The translations under genes were made by a program, and so were the position numbers. The notes under the pieces are model-generated. The model saw only the letters and a list, made by a program, of their open reading frames with translations. It was not told where the DNA came from and did no database searches. A stretch of DNA of 64,000 nucleotides from Phoronis australis (Eukaryota; Animalia; Phoronida), in the NCBI GenBank assembly GCA_002633005.1, contig NMRA01000539.1, positions 62,001 to 126,000 on the forward strand. The letters are read 5' to 3'. Below are positions 41,101 to 54,669 of this stretch, piece by piece (positions within the stretch are counted from its first letter, which is position 1; the number at the start of each line of letters is the position of its first letter).

Positions 41101-43154
41101 TACAGACAAAGAGCTAAAATAGTTATATAGTCAGTGGTACCGAAATTGTCCAAAGATTCCAAATCTTCAGTTCTGGTTATCACCAAATTTGAACTTTCGT
41201 ATACATTTTATAATTTGAGTTCTAATAAAGATTAAACTTTAATGGCACGTGAAATGTTTAGCGTAGGCCTACCTGTAATGTGGAAAGTTCAGGGATGGGC
41301 TCACAATGAACGTAACTAATTAAGTTTAGCTGGCGATCAAAATCTACCACTGTTTTGGTACTTCAAGTTTAAAACTTAGAAAAAAAGTTATCAACCCGTT
41401 CCCGGTAAGAAAAAAAAGAAGTGGGCAGAAGCATTAAAAATTAAATAACGAAAACCAATATGCATGAAACATATCGTGCCTTTGGGAAGTGTCCCTTTGT
41501 GAAGATAAACACAAGTTAACCTTTTTAGTCATTTTGTAACATTTATAATGTACCAAGTTAAAACTACTCTCCGGAGTTGCAGGCTGTAACTCTGCAAATG
41601 TCAGAGAAAAACAAATTTGGGGTACTAACAACAACCATTGTTGAGACAGTTAATGCTAGCTATAACCTTTCCACTTCATTTGCTCAGATCTACATCAATA
41701 CAAAGGGCGTGCTGAATAGGCATCGTAAAACTTGTCTGGGGCGAAGGAAATCTGAGCCGAGACCAGTCTAAGCGAGAAATTCTCCACATGAATACTTGGA
41801 AGTGGGATGTTGAATGCTCTGTCTGTGGTGATAGCATTCAGTGCTGAGTCTAACAACATATGCCCCCTCCTTGCTTTATCTACACTTTTTCAATTTAACA
41901 TATGGATCACACTGTTTGGTGCATACGCTGTGCCAAGAACTAGAAACCTGTTGCCTGATATTACGTATCCAATAAATCCCAGAAAGCTCTTCTTAGTATG
42001 AAATCCGCCAAGCCTGGCTAAGAACAAGTGACTGCAGATCACTGTGGTTTGGTTTGCTGGCACTAATTTCTTCTCAAATCAGTTACCTATGTTCATAAAA
42101 AGCATGCATATTACACCAATTTTCAGTACTAAATAATAAACATTTAATTATTAACTTTTTGTTACACAAATTTATTTATTTTTCATCAAATCCACGTGAA
42201 ATCAGCCGCCAAATTCTGCACTCAGGTCAGTAACAGACGAAATCTTTGCATGGGAACAACTGATAATATCTCCAATAGCAGAGAGCAAAGCCACTTCCTG
42301 CCCAATGTGATTCAGAGTTTGTGTACTGAATAAGCCAATAATTCCATCAGAATTACACATTCTTCTATTAAATATTATTTTTATGCCTAAAATGAATACA
42401 TTTTACAGAAAAATAATTGAGTGTGTGAAATTCCTTATGAAAATTTAACTAAAGCCTTTTCTGAAAAACACCAAATTTTACGTTAAATAATCTAAAGTGT
42501 GATTAAAATTCCACATTTAGTACCTAAATCTTAAAAACAAACTTTATAAAGAATCAACCCATTAAGCCTAACTGTAGATTGTAAAATATTTTTGTGTAAA
42601 TGCTTCTCAGGTTACAAACAAAGTTTGCAAAATGCACATGCGGTGAATTGGAGTTATTTGTGAGTTGACGGCCATTTTGTCAGCCATCTTGATTTTTTTT
42701 CTCCAATCAGTGACCAACTGTAAGGTCCAGATATTTTGGATTGTCTAACTTACATATGCATAGAAATTTTGCCATTTTCAGGGCAAAATACGAAAAGAAA
42801 TTTTGCAACATGTACCAAATTGCCGTTTCGGCCGCCATTTTTTCGGCCATATTGGTTTTATTTTACGGAAAATTGGCATCTTTTGATTGGTATACCTGTT
42901 ATGAAAAGTATATAACCAATGACAAGCTTTATTGTGGTATTTCCAGCTGTTGCATGAGATTAACATGGCAAAAGAATTAAACACCGGTTTTCGTGGCCAT
43001 TTTTCCGCCATCTTGAAAAATCGACTTCCGCCTCTCCGATTTCGGTAGACATTTTTTCTGTCACCAAAGGGTGTTTGAAAATACCATTTATGCAAAAAAC
43101 CTGTTGCAATTTTTTCTAGGTTGGGCCCTCTGCAGCCCTAGAATGACTGGACTA
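38200..43154 (-). mobile_element. Decayed Academ (AcademX-like) DNA transposon: transposase and XPG/PIN-like nuclease pseudogene with one terminus
   Basis: Collinear, frameshifted and stop-riddled fragments on the - strand at about 38.2-40.2 kb: SSDLVIEQMLIKTIKSSGGLTRG, QQLLFQRLL..FELC..PALFD, IDRGSLLQ, TVVFDG..STKD, QAQGETNVLIVETAV, LLPFAHAIG. Terminus TAGTCCAGTCATTCTAG on - at 43154 (Academ ends are TAG..CTA). GCCATTTT/GCCATCTTG subterminal repeats at 42670-43020. The other terminus was not found. Confidence 0.7.
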
Positions 43155-43639
43155 ATTTGAGCTTCCTGGGAAGTTCGATTACCAGCACGATAGTGGGAGG
43201 GCTGACTTTCTGCATTTCAGACTAACATAGGCGTAGCTGAACAGACTTCGCTGTTTTGGAAGAGCACTGTTACATTTGTCTAACTTTCATTATCATTCTC
43301 ACTACCCTGCTCAAATTTCACTGAAACATCAATTTTCTAACGAATTTTCACGAGTGGTGGACCTCGCCATTATAGTCAAATGTATACAGTTTTTTTCCCA
43401 AATTTCACTAGCCTATGCAAAAGCGCAACTTCCGGTACACTATAAGGGGAGTGTCTCAACCTTATGTCGTGAATTGTCGATTTAGCTGGACAGAGAAGAA
43501 AAAAGATAGAAAGCAAGCGCCTTTCAGATACGAGTCTCCAAAATAATTTGAAGAAAATGGTTTCATGTGAATTTTTTGTTTGTTCATTATAGATTTGCTC
43601 TACCTAAAGTTGTGGGATTTCTATTCAAATGAGCTTTTC

Positions 43640-44110
43640 TTGTTGTAGAATCCAACAAAACGTTCAAATTTGACAAACTTTGAAAATCATACCTTAAAAA
43701 TGCTTGATCGAATTCATACGAAACTTTCAGATACACTATGCTTTAATCATTGTTCTCCAAAACGTTGTTAGGAATAAATTACTTTTCAAATGTTTCACTT
43801 TTGCATGATGGACTATCAAAAATAGGACTTCAATTCATGATTTTCATAAAAAATCAAAGTTACATAGAACGTAAACGAAATGATAGTTTAGAAAACCGAA
43901 AGTAACAGAGTTTTACATTCGTGCTCTTCAAAGCATTGCTTCGCTGTGGATGTTCTTTTCTTTCTTGCTAAATTTTATTTAAATGGCGTGGTCACGTGAC
44001 CAACTTAATGCCAGATTGGTATAAAATCACAAATGAAATTCTGCAGGCTTCCTACTTTCACAATACATACACCTCTACCGAGTTTAAATCAATAGTTTGT
44101 AAATACTTGG
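43640..44110 (+). repeat. Dispersed repeat, copy B
   Basis: Homologous to 32340-32870; carries the perfect palindrome GGTCACGTGACC at 43990-44001. Confidence 0.55.
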
Positions 44111-47100
44111 TTGAATACACAGCGTAGACGATAAGGTCATGTCTGAACATGGTTATGCACTGGATGTTCACGAAAGAGGATTATCCGTGAGAAAAAATCA
44201 CGGAGGAAATTTTAAAATCGAACAAGTTTGAAAACAACGAATTGCAGGATTTCAAATTATTTTGGGCGAGCCCAGAACGCACACGTACATTTAGAAAAAT
44301 ATCAGTTCAGGATCCGAAAGTAAAATCCAAATATGAGCCTGGTCGCGACGAATATACGCTCAGTTATTGCGTCAATACTGTATCGGACGCATAGTCACAA
44401 CACAACGTTACCGATGCATGATTGTCGCCACTGGTTTATTGTGGAAATTTTACTTTTAAAAATTTGTTACGGTCATAGTGCCAATTCTCCCATAATACTG
44501 GGGAACATTTTACGAAACATCCATGCATATTTTTCCCAAATGTAAGCGCCCTGGGCGTATCTGAGGAGTTTTTCCTTACGCCCAACACTGGGGGTTTCTA
44601 AAGGTGAGCCTGTCTGCACAAAACTGCGGTATTGAGTGTCACAAGTAAATCCTCTTCCGCACAACGCAACCTGAAGCAAATTCACAAACGATAAAGACGT
44701 TCACATTCGATATTACCATTTTTGTAATTTTCATGTGCGTTATCACAGAAAAATAAAACTTCTTATCACAGAACCTACCGGAAAAGACATTAATGTCCTG
44801 AACGCCGTCACTAAGAAACAAATCGATGAAGCAGTTTCACCGCTCTCTCAAGATCTAAATGTCCAAATAGATGCCAACGTCCGGAGAAACGTACGCAAAC
44901 AAAAGAACAAAGCGAATGCTAATAAGAATTGACTAAAACTCATGGATTCAGCAGCTTCGGATTTTCATAAGATATACTACGGAATGAGATTCTTTAGAAA
45001 AAATCCATACTTTCGCCGTTGTGTCACTGTCGGGTATACGTGTACTTCACAACGGATCATCAAGCTAAGTTTTCGTACTTCCCATTAGGGACAACGTTAT
45101 TGTATCATTCTAAGCACAGAATCATATTCTTTATAATTCAGATCGCATGTCTTCATATTGTGGCACCTTGCATGTTTTGTTATTATATTGGCCAATTGGA
45201 AATTCGATCTACTTTCCAACCTGAATAGTTGACGCAAAATTCTGATTTTCTTCTAAATATTCCGTTGTCGCCGTGGCTTCCCTAATGTCTTTCAGGGTTT
45301 TTGGATGCTTTGCTACCGAGTACCGATCATTTTCTTGTTTTTCCCTGAAATTTCCCCAGTTTTTATTCCCACATTCGACGGTCGTGTACGGTTTTCTTAT
45401 TTTGAATTGTAAGAAACGTCTACCAAGGATTGTTGGGTATTTACCCGGTAACAGTCACAAATCGACTGTTTGTTTTTATTTGAAACTTCAAGTCATGCAT
45501 TTCAGACAATAGAACTTCTCAATTGCTAAATTACGCTGTAATACGCAACAGCGAGCAATTCCCCATTTATACTAATTTGAAACACGGCGTCTGTTTGAAT
45601 ATTAAACAGACATTGGTTACCCTTTTTCGCAATTTTCACTCTCGAGACGCTGCAGTCAAGAGTTTTATTTACTTTACCAAAGCTTTAAAAAAAATCGCGG
45701 TCAATAGCTGTGCTTTATGAAAATAAAAACAACATATTAATAAAGAGCTAATAGGTCACTTTGTTTGTATACAAAGTACTGTCAACATTATACACAAGAG
45801 ATTTTATCGGGCTGAGTGGAGTCGAACATATCCCAGCCGGAGAGTACGAGCAGACGGTATTGTTAGATGACTGATTCACACACGCTTACGGGGGACGAAA
45901 CGGAACGAAATAAAATCACGCGGACGCACAAATAATGCTCTTTTACTACAAACTAAAAATGAGATTAAGTTAAAACGTTTTTTAAGCATTTTTAAATTAG
46001 ACTAATATTTGAAATGCAATATTTCACACATCAACTAAAAGTGCCAAAAATGAAATTATATTTTTTCACTGCTCCCCCCGATATTATTTGGATCACCACC
46101 CTTGGTAACTTGGCTAGCGACGCACTGGTAGAAAGAGATCCTGACTCGAACCCCTGCAAACCAGACTCGATACGATCTTCGCTCAAGGCATCTCCGATAG
46201 AATTATCTTCAGCATGCCTCTTGAAGGAATTTCGTACAGGGATTTGCAATTGTAAGTAGTGCCTTAAACTGAACGTCGTGCATTCCATGTAGCTTTGGTA
46301 CTGGGTCCAGGAGAGCACCTTAGGGCTGGGTACGCCGTGGATCTAGGGTCGGGTGAACCGTATGCGTGACTTCTAAAAGTTCTAATCGTGAAGCAGTCTA
46401 TACTCGGTATTTCTGTTTTATAAACTTTTGGTCAAGTATCTCTAAAGTGTTAACCATAAACCAACTGCAACTTAAAGAACACGTCCTTGTAATATTTTTT
46501 TCAGTAATAAGACCTAGACTATCACGGAAAATCTGCGGTATATCTACAGAACAATCCACCTTTTTAATTCGCACATTTGTGCGAAATGCTATGCTTAAGT
46601 GACAGATAAATTTTGACTGAGGAGTTAAACGACAACCCTGTCATGTTCGGGACAGCGGGAGTAACTTTGATGAGTCGACACCAGTGCGAGTTTTTTTATG
46701 TTTGTGAAACATATATATTCAGATTCAGAAGTTCGTTGGACGTGTAAAACGACTAAAATCATTAAGTAACAAACTCTTTCCAAAAAAAAAATGTCCTATG
46801 AATACACTGTCGTTAAAAATAGAAGAACTGCAGATTAAACTTTACGTCAGTTAAACAGAATTGTATTGTTTATTTTTAAAACACGCACACCTCACCAAAA
46901 AGAACCCAAGCTACCTGCTGCATATAGGTTGATGAATTGTTTGCGATGTATAAATAATCAAGATAATGATTTTGTATCAAATTCTCTTTGCCACGTTTAG
47001 AGCACAATATATAGTAGCCTGGTATCGGTTGAAACGGTTTTAAAACAGTCTTTCGTCACATTTTTTGTTTAGATAACTTACAGATCTGACTTGGTCTCAA

Positions 47101-49094
47101 ATTATTCGTTAGTCAAAATACACGTGATTTGTGGTCTTGGAAAGAACTGAAAACGAGATGTCATTTTATTCGCTTGGCCTGATCCCACCTACATGTAAGC
47201 GCGACCGTCAGTTCTTTAAAGACGGAAAATCACTTCTCATTTGAGCAAGGAAAAAGTTAATTGGGACCAATTTTATAGCGGTAAGTGGTGTAAGTAAAAA
47301 GTTAATTTTTGCAACGGAACGAGGACTTATTGTCGCTTTAGTACATTTGAGTGAAAAGATGCAGGTTCCAACTCCGAACGCATAAAACAAAAGTGCTGCA
47401 CATATCGTCGCGGTCGTGTCAATCGGTAGACGTGATCCACCACCTGATCAATTTGCGAGAGACTTTCAAGGACTCGAGCCGAACTCCTATAGAGACGGGC
47501 CTTTGCAATGCATTTGTTATGTGAAAGCATTAATTAGCTATAATAGACGTGGTCAAAAGGGTCAATCATCGATTCTGCGTCCATTCTCATCGCCTCTGTT
47601 AATACAATAATTACTTCACGTTTTACGTAGCGCACTCGATAATCCTCTCTCATTTTACACATGTCTATTGATATGATTGGGAGTTCAACTCCATTCGAGT
47701 GTTTGTTAAACGAGTTATAATATACAATCTACGTGTAGGACAATCGCACTTACGAAATTTAATAGTCGATTATTACAGCTTTAGGGGCTACTAACTATGT
47801 GATTATTAATTATGTACGTTTTAAACCTCTTTGCTCCAAGTTGCTGTAACTACGGAACTTAGAACTAGGAGACTACTACAAGTCTTGATCGCGGAGTTTT
47901 AACGAAGGCTATCGGCGTCTTTCAGCCGTTCCTAATGTTTCTTTGAGGATGGTTACGAAGTTTAGGTGGCATTCATTTTAAAATGTTATCAAAAATATCA
48001 AGACAGACTCGCTGGTCTAATGATATTGTTTTACTTACGAGCAGTAAAGCACACTTGAGGATTTTGCTTAAAAACGTCATCTCGACGCACTTGATGCAGG
48101 TTTGGTGTTCTGAATAGGCATATACATACGCGTCTTCTCAAAAACAAACTCTAGAATAAGCGACATTCTAACTTGTTTCTCCCCGGTCAAAGATATAGTC
48201 CCGGTTTCATTAGTATTGGTTTGACATAGTTATCGTATCCCCAAACAACATGAATGTACTGCTACGGGAATCACTCCTGTTTATATAAAGGCCGTGTTGA
48301 GATACTTGGCAGTAAATAATAAAGCACCACTTTGAAAAGGTCAGTGCAAAATTATAAATTGGGATATTTGTAACTGACAGGTGAGGCATCTCTGTTGGTG
48401 TGACACTTAAAATAAAAGTTTGGGAAACATGTAGGATAGGTTTCACGGCTATAAGAATATGAACAGGGCTTACACTCGATTTCCAACAGGCAAAACTTGA
48501 TATTCACCAGTAGATTTACTGGGGAAGACAGAGAATTGACAACTTGAGGGGAAACGAGGATTACAGAACGTGGGGGCAAATCTTGACCATATTTTAACTC
48601 CAGTTGTGCAACGGCGACTGAAAATGATATAGTAGAAAACTGACATGTCCTCTATGGCCACCAGAGGGCATTTCATGCCGAATTCGACGTGTCAATGTTT
48701 TTGGTACGTGTCGGTTAGTATGAACGGTTAATTTGAAGTTAAGAATCATAATTCAAGAACTTGTTTGATGGACAGGATCAGATTTCAGTGTGTACTGTGT
48801 GGCGTAACGTAATAAGGCAAGCTGATTTTGCGCCATACGTGAACATGAAAAAGCAGCCCAACTGTATCCAAAGTCACGCGTACTCCACATTTTTAAATCG
48901 ATAAAACTCAGACGTACTTTTTTGATAAGTTGTTGACATTCTTCAATGGAGCAGCGAGACAAATCTCTAGTGAAGTGCGAAACTACACTTATCATTTTGA
49001 CAACGATTTGCTAACAAAATTTCAACCGATAACGATTCATAAAGAGGTGAAGTATTTGCCAACGTGTCTGCGGCAATGCCAGGTGAGCACTTTG

Positions 49095-50352
49095 ATGAAG
49101 CAGTGGTAGGTAAAACAAACAACGCCAAATATTCAGTGACACCTCAGAGTCTTTATCAATAATTCAGTCACAGAGGTGATTGTCTAACCTGACACTTTGT
49201 TTGTACTTGCACCAGGATTACAAATGGCCAAAACTGGAAACCTTCAAAGTTTTATATCAAATAATTTATTTAACGTTTTCATCGTGTCTGCAGTGACACC
49301 GCGCCGTTTTTGCGTCGCAACAAACGTCGGTAAAAGATTTTTGTTTGCATAAACTACCTAGGTAATTAACACGCCGGATCTCTGCGCTGGCAAACTTGAG
49401 TGTTACTAGGTAATTTACGTAACAGTCTGCTATGTACCACTTGACAGACAGGCTATAACAAAATACGGAGAAATTGCCAACACGTTATCACACCAAACAA
49501 TGTGCTACTGGACCCTTACCGTAATAAAGTTTTGAACAATCGGACGCTAGTCTCAATGAAGTCTGCTAGTATCAAAACTGGTCTTTTACGTTTTCAGGGG
49601 AAATAGTCGCACATGGTTTCCGCTGTACAACCATCAAGCCAGCATATTCGGGGTGAGTATCTCTGCTACACCTAACGAAGCAATTGTGACTGTATTTCTA
49701 AATTTCGTTGTCTAACTATTTACCAAAAACATAAATAAGCTCTCAAGGCAATCTTCAGCAATTTTCATTAACAATACCGCTTCCGCGATACACCATTCTG
49801 TCACTTCTTTGGAATTGTACGTGACTACTGTCCCTTAATTCCTTTGGCGATGCACCAAATTTGACTCATTTCCTCAGCGTCGCGATTCATTTTCTCTCGC
49901 AGAAAAAACGTGTCGTCGATTCTTCACCGTAGGGTCGCTGTGCAAGAGCGCATGGTTAGTAATAAAAATCAACGTTAATTTCCTCACGCTCATATGCACT
50001 GCTCGTTTTCTTGCAGGCAACCAACAAATCGCGCAGCTACTACATAATCCATCCTGACTGGTTATCCGAGTCTATCCGGCCAGTAAGCAAGCGAACTCGC
50101 CGAGAGATGCTGCTCCACCACTCTCCACAAGCAACCCAGACGTCCTACCAGATTCAAGTGCCCGCCAAATCCTCCGAGATGGCCTGGCCGCCGCAGTCTC
50201 GGCGCGCTCCCAGCAGACCGACGCTAGTTAGTTACGCATTACCAACACGCTCTCCAACACCCTCCAGGCCCCTGATACCGAAAGATCTAATGATGACAAG
50301 GTTCAGCAACCGAGAGATAGAGGGACTGAGGCGGTATTCCAAGTGTTACTAG
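49095..50352 (+). CDS. Uncharacterised small multi-exon protein (about 145 aa, basic, Pro/Ser-rich, contains YYIIHPDWLSE)
   Basis: Exons 49095-49105 (donor GTAGGT), 49294-49329, 49598-49652 and 50017-50352 have compatible splice sites and phases, giving MKQCDTAPFLRRNKRRGNSRTWFPLYNHQASIFGATNKSRSYYIIHPDWLSE...SKCY. The 5' end is uncertain. Confidence 0.45.
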
Positions 50353-51409
50353 AGCTCCTGTGCAATGATTTGGTGCAAGCCCGTGATAGGTCCAATTTCG
50401 CATAACTTAAGAATGATACCTTCAAAACGACCATGAATTCACCTTTCACTACAAAAAACAATTTTTCAGTTAGACCATTTATCGTTATTAAATTTATCTC
50501 AAATGGTTCGTAAGTGAAATTGGGAGTAATTTCAAGGCTTCGAAAGACCTAGTGACCAGATCGCTGTACAAATATTGGCTTGTTTCGAAGGTGTCATTTC
50601 GTGCGCCCACTATGGCCCCAAAGTACAACGAACTGCCAGTTTTTGCAAACCTCGAAATCATTTCTAATATGAGTCAAGAACAAATCAAACCAATATTATG
50701 GCGGCAAGCACTCTGAAACAAAACTTCCTGGGCGAAACACGAGGCTTAGAGACGCTTATTGAAATCTGTTGTTTACGTGATAAATTTTCTGCTGGAGGCG
50801 GGGAATTGAGTGTCCCGTTTCCACGTTTCTCAAGGAAGTACGTTGTCCATTTACACAGTTCCACCAGGCGTTTGTTGCAAATTTAATATCGACCGTCGAG
50901 AAAAAATTCAAGACTACCTTCAGAGGATCCATTTAGGGAAATGTTGCCGCTATTTCTAAACTTTCGACGAGCCGCATTGCTACGAAGCAAATTCTATGGT
51001 TCTTAGAAACTGATTATTTTAAAATCAATTACAATTACAAATACCAGCGTACAAATTCGTAAGCAAACCAACAAAACCTTGTTACATCTTGTGGCAAGGC
51101 AAACAGTAAATGTGTGACATGGAATTTTATGTCGCACATAAATTTCGCAACGAAACGGGGGTTACCGTCGGTACAGTAGCTTAACTCGACGTCCTCCTCA
51201 AAGTAGCCCGCCGATCCCTTGGCATGCTAAATACTAATTAGGCCCACCTGACTCAAAACGAAGCATTGTCGATGGTGTGTTGACGATCAGGTATTCGGTA
51301 AAAACAAACGTTTCATTAGGAAATATTTTCATCACATTTTGCCTAGTAAGTTTCCTAGGGGCACACTTCGTGTCAGTGGTAGGCTATATCGTGGGGTTCG
51401 CCAAACGGT

Positions 51410-52367
51410 TTAAAGAAGCCTGTTTCAATAATCACTAATTTCATCATTTTTAACCCAAGTCACCACAATAATTCTTAAATTACACTCGTCTGTCGTCACT
51501 TTTGGTCGACCTGCACGAGCTGTCAAATCGCCACCAAGACTCCCATGTTTCAAATCGAACTAACCTGCAGCCTGAGTTAACAACCATGTGCTCTACTGGG
51601 TCACCAAATTAGGTCATGTATTGAAATTCAAGACGAAGAATACATTGTTTAGCTCGATAGCCGGTAAGATCGGCGTGCGACAGGTTTATGTGACGGGGCA
51701 AGACAACAGTTTGTTCATGTTTTACTCACATCAGTAAGAAAGGCTGAGAAAAGCGATGTGACCGAATCAAAGAAACCGAATCTTGATGAGAAAACGTCGC
51801 CCACATCGCCATCGGACATATCAATAGAATATGGAAAAACTGACTTACCCATCGAGAAGAATTTTTGCAAGTTCGGGATGTGTAACGTTTAACTGATACC
51901 GCAGTGCATTCCATCGATCGAACTGTTCGGCAATCAAAATTCTGGTACGAAAGTACACGGTCCTCTGACGTACTTTTTTAGGTTTATTTAACGGCGGTCG
52001 TCCTCTTTTCGCCGGTCTCGCTTGTTGATTACCCTCCATATCGTTTCCGATTGACCTTGCGCTATCCTTTAGTGATTCACTGCGCATGCCCGAATTCTAC
52101 TCAGAATGTCTGTGGTGGCACCATGAAATTCACTTACATATAAATGCTTGGGGAATATACTTTCGATTCGTTGAATTGTGCTAGGTCCATATAGTCATAA
52201 ATGGCTGTGTCTCTGTGTTAGCGGCAAACGCATATTTTAAGAGCCTGAATGACTTGGTTCATAATTCAACGCACTTTAAAAATAGTTTATCTCACGTAGC
52301 ATAGGTAATTAGTATTTGAAGTCACGAAATTTCTCGAAATTGATGATTACGGACATTGTCTCTTTAA
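51410..52367 (-). mobile_element. Kolobok-like non-autonomous remnant enclosing the orphan exon
   Basis: Bounded by TTAA at both sides with degenerate inverted ends: left TTAAAGAagcctgtttcaaTAATCActAATTTC versus reverse complement of right TTAAAGAgacaatgtccgTAATCAtcAATTTC. A TTAA target and RR termini are Kolobok hallmarks. Confidence 0.45.
51849..52087 (-). CDS. Orphan first coding exon: AT-hook plus ZNF653/ZNF692-type N-terminal domain
   Basis: Open frame from ATG 52087 or 52039 reading AKRGRPP...RTRILIAEQFDRWNALRYQLNVTHPELAKILLDG, ending in a consensus donor GG|GTAAGT (phase 2). NRF1-like GCGCATGC at about 52082. No convincing own second exon was found nearby. Confidence 0.6.
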
Positions 52368-54669
52368 ATGATTTGCGGTCGAGTGGCACCTGGGAGTAGG
52401 CTACCCCGCTCTTAGAGTGGCTTTGACCGGTGAGTTTGCTGTTCATAAGTTCCGCCTCCTATTGGTCCTTTTGTATCGCTGCGCGACAAATGTAAGCAAA
52501 ACGTGCATTTTACCTCACAAAATTTCTTGGTATGGCACTGTTTGGGATCAGATAGTGTCGCAGCTAACTTTACGCGAAACCTGCAGCCTATATTGTGTTG
52601 TCAATAATTATGTGACCATGAACATTTTATTTTCGTGCACAGGTCACTTTAAAATGCTAATGCAAATCGTTCAGTTACTTTATTTAATTTAATCATCACA
52701 AAATTAATGCATTTCTAATAGGATTCATAGAGTAGGGTAGACTAGTGGCATGATCTTTTATTTAGATTAGGCCTAAGTTAAAACCAGTTTTAACGGAGTT
52801 GTTACACTTTTATTTGATAACTTAAGGTGTCTGTATGTAAAATGACCTGAAACTTTGCTCAAGTGTAAATAGTTTTGGATTGTAACTTGTGGGAATAAGC
52901 TTGTACATACGTGTTTATAACTATGCAGTGATATCTTACAACTAGTGACGTCTATTGAGCGCCTGATGCACTTTCCCAGTACAAGACTCGTTGATTTCAA
53001 GCACACGTACATTTGCAGTAGCAAGATGCCTTTCAATGTCCATCAAAGGCACAAAATCAGAGGAAATTGTCTGAAAAACATCTCGAAACAAGAAAAACAT
53101 TAAAATGTACATTTTGTTAGAAGATACGAAAGCAATGTCTGATTTAATGTAAATAGCTAGGCTATAGTTCCGTGACCATTTTTAACGAATTGCCTTTTCG
53201 AAAACGAGTCTTGATTTTGGTGTTTATTGAATGTCGCGTTAAAGCAGTGCAGTTAAATATAACAGTCGTAGACTGTTACGCTGTACACACACCTGAGTTT
53301 GGCTCATTTGTCAATAAATATTTTTGATTGCATCATATCATTTAATTTATTCACGAAAGTGGGGTGTGTTTGGAAGAGCACACTGTTTCAGCAAAATGAG
53401 AAACGCACTCTGAAATCAGTCAGTCTGAACTCAGATGGTATTTTGCCAGAGTAACAAAGAAACTATCCATTCCATTATTGGAAAATCTGCAAGAAATCTA
53501 CTTTATTACTTGAATGGCGGCAGCTGCCAATATTAGATGCCGATGAAAGACTATTTTTAAGAAAAACGCTGGGCGAGCTTTGCCCTGAGCTTCGGTTAGT
53601 TTGTAAGCTTGTTAATGAACTGCAACGCAGGCACCAAGTGGCGAAACCGGCTCGACCACGAGTTAGTCTCGCATCCAGCCTTTATTATCATCTGAACTTG
53701 GTGAACATCTACAATCTGATCTGCATGCTTATTTCAGCATTTCAAATTGTCTCTCATTTTTCTCATATTCTTTATTTTTTTCCTCAGACAAATATTTATT
53801 CAGTTGCTGCTCAACAATTTCAATTGCAAGCTGTTCCGTCTTGGCAAACACGAACCGAAATACAGAAGCTGTGCTCGAGTAACTAGTTGAGGGCAGAGGG
53901 CACATGGGTTTGAAGCGAGACTAAACCACGAGTACACTCAAAAATAGTTGAGTAAAGAGACAGTTTAGGAGTAAGAGAAGAAGACGAAATGAACCTCTGG
54001 GTTTTTTTCATCATAAAAGTGACTTTTAAGTCTTAAAAGACTTAAGTCTAACAAACAATTTTGGCAGAAGTTGACAATCAAAAGAAAGTATTGAAAAGTA
54101 CATTGCACTTGTCTAACAACTATAGATTTCCTTCATTTCATATTTTATTCAAATAAAATAAAATATTTAGCTTTTACAAAAAGATAACAAAAACATGACT
54201 CACGCAAACGCTCCAACTACGCTTTAGTATAATCTGGAATAACAAAAATTCTACAAAAGTATTGGAATTAATCTTGTAGGAAAGACCGATATTTTTAGCT
54301 TCATTTTCTATGAATTGACAACCGTGTGTTCAAACTGCTTAAACTTTCGAACACATCGGAAATTAAACAAGTAATACACAGTGCGGCACTGATTTAAACA
54401 GTTTCTCATTAAAAAATATCCACAACACTACACTGGCAAATAACAATGCATACATTTCTAGTAATAGAGGACTGATGCTAGCAATATTTACAAATAAAGT
54501 TTGTATTTTACACCAAAGGAAATACACATATCAACGTTTCAAGAAAAACCCTGGAACCGCCCCAGACGCAAAGCGCACAGAAGTCACATTGGGGCTCATA
54601 TAACACAGGTACCTGATCCATATATCCGTTGACAGATTTGTGGCAATATCCTCGCGCGTTTTAACTACG

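Noticed and set aside
46031-46318. 95-aa - strand ORF as a second exon for the 52-kb orphan exon, or a tRNA gene
   Set aside because: No suitable acceptor or motif. It has a B-box-like GGTTCGAGTC on -, but no cloverleaf could be built, so at most a SINE fragment.
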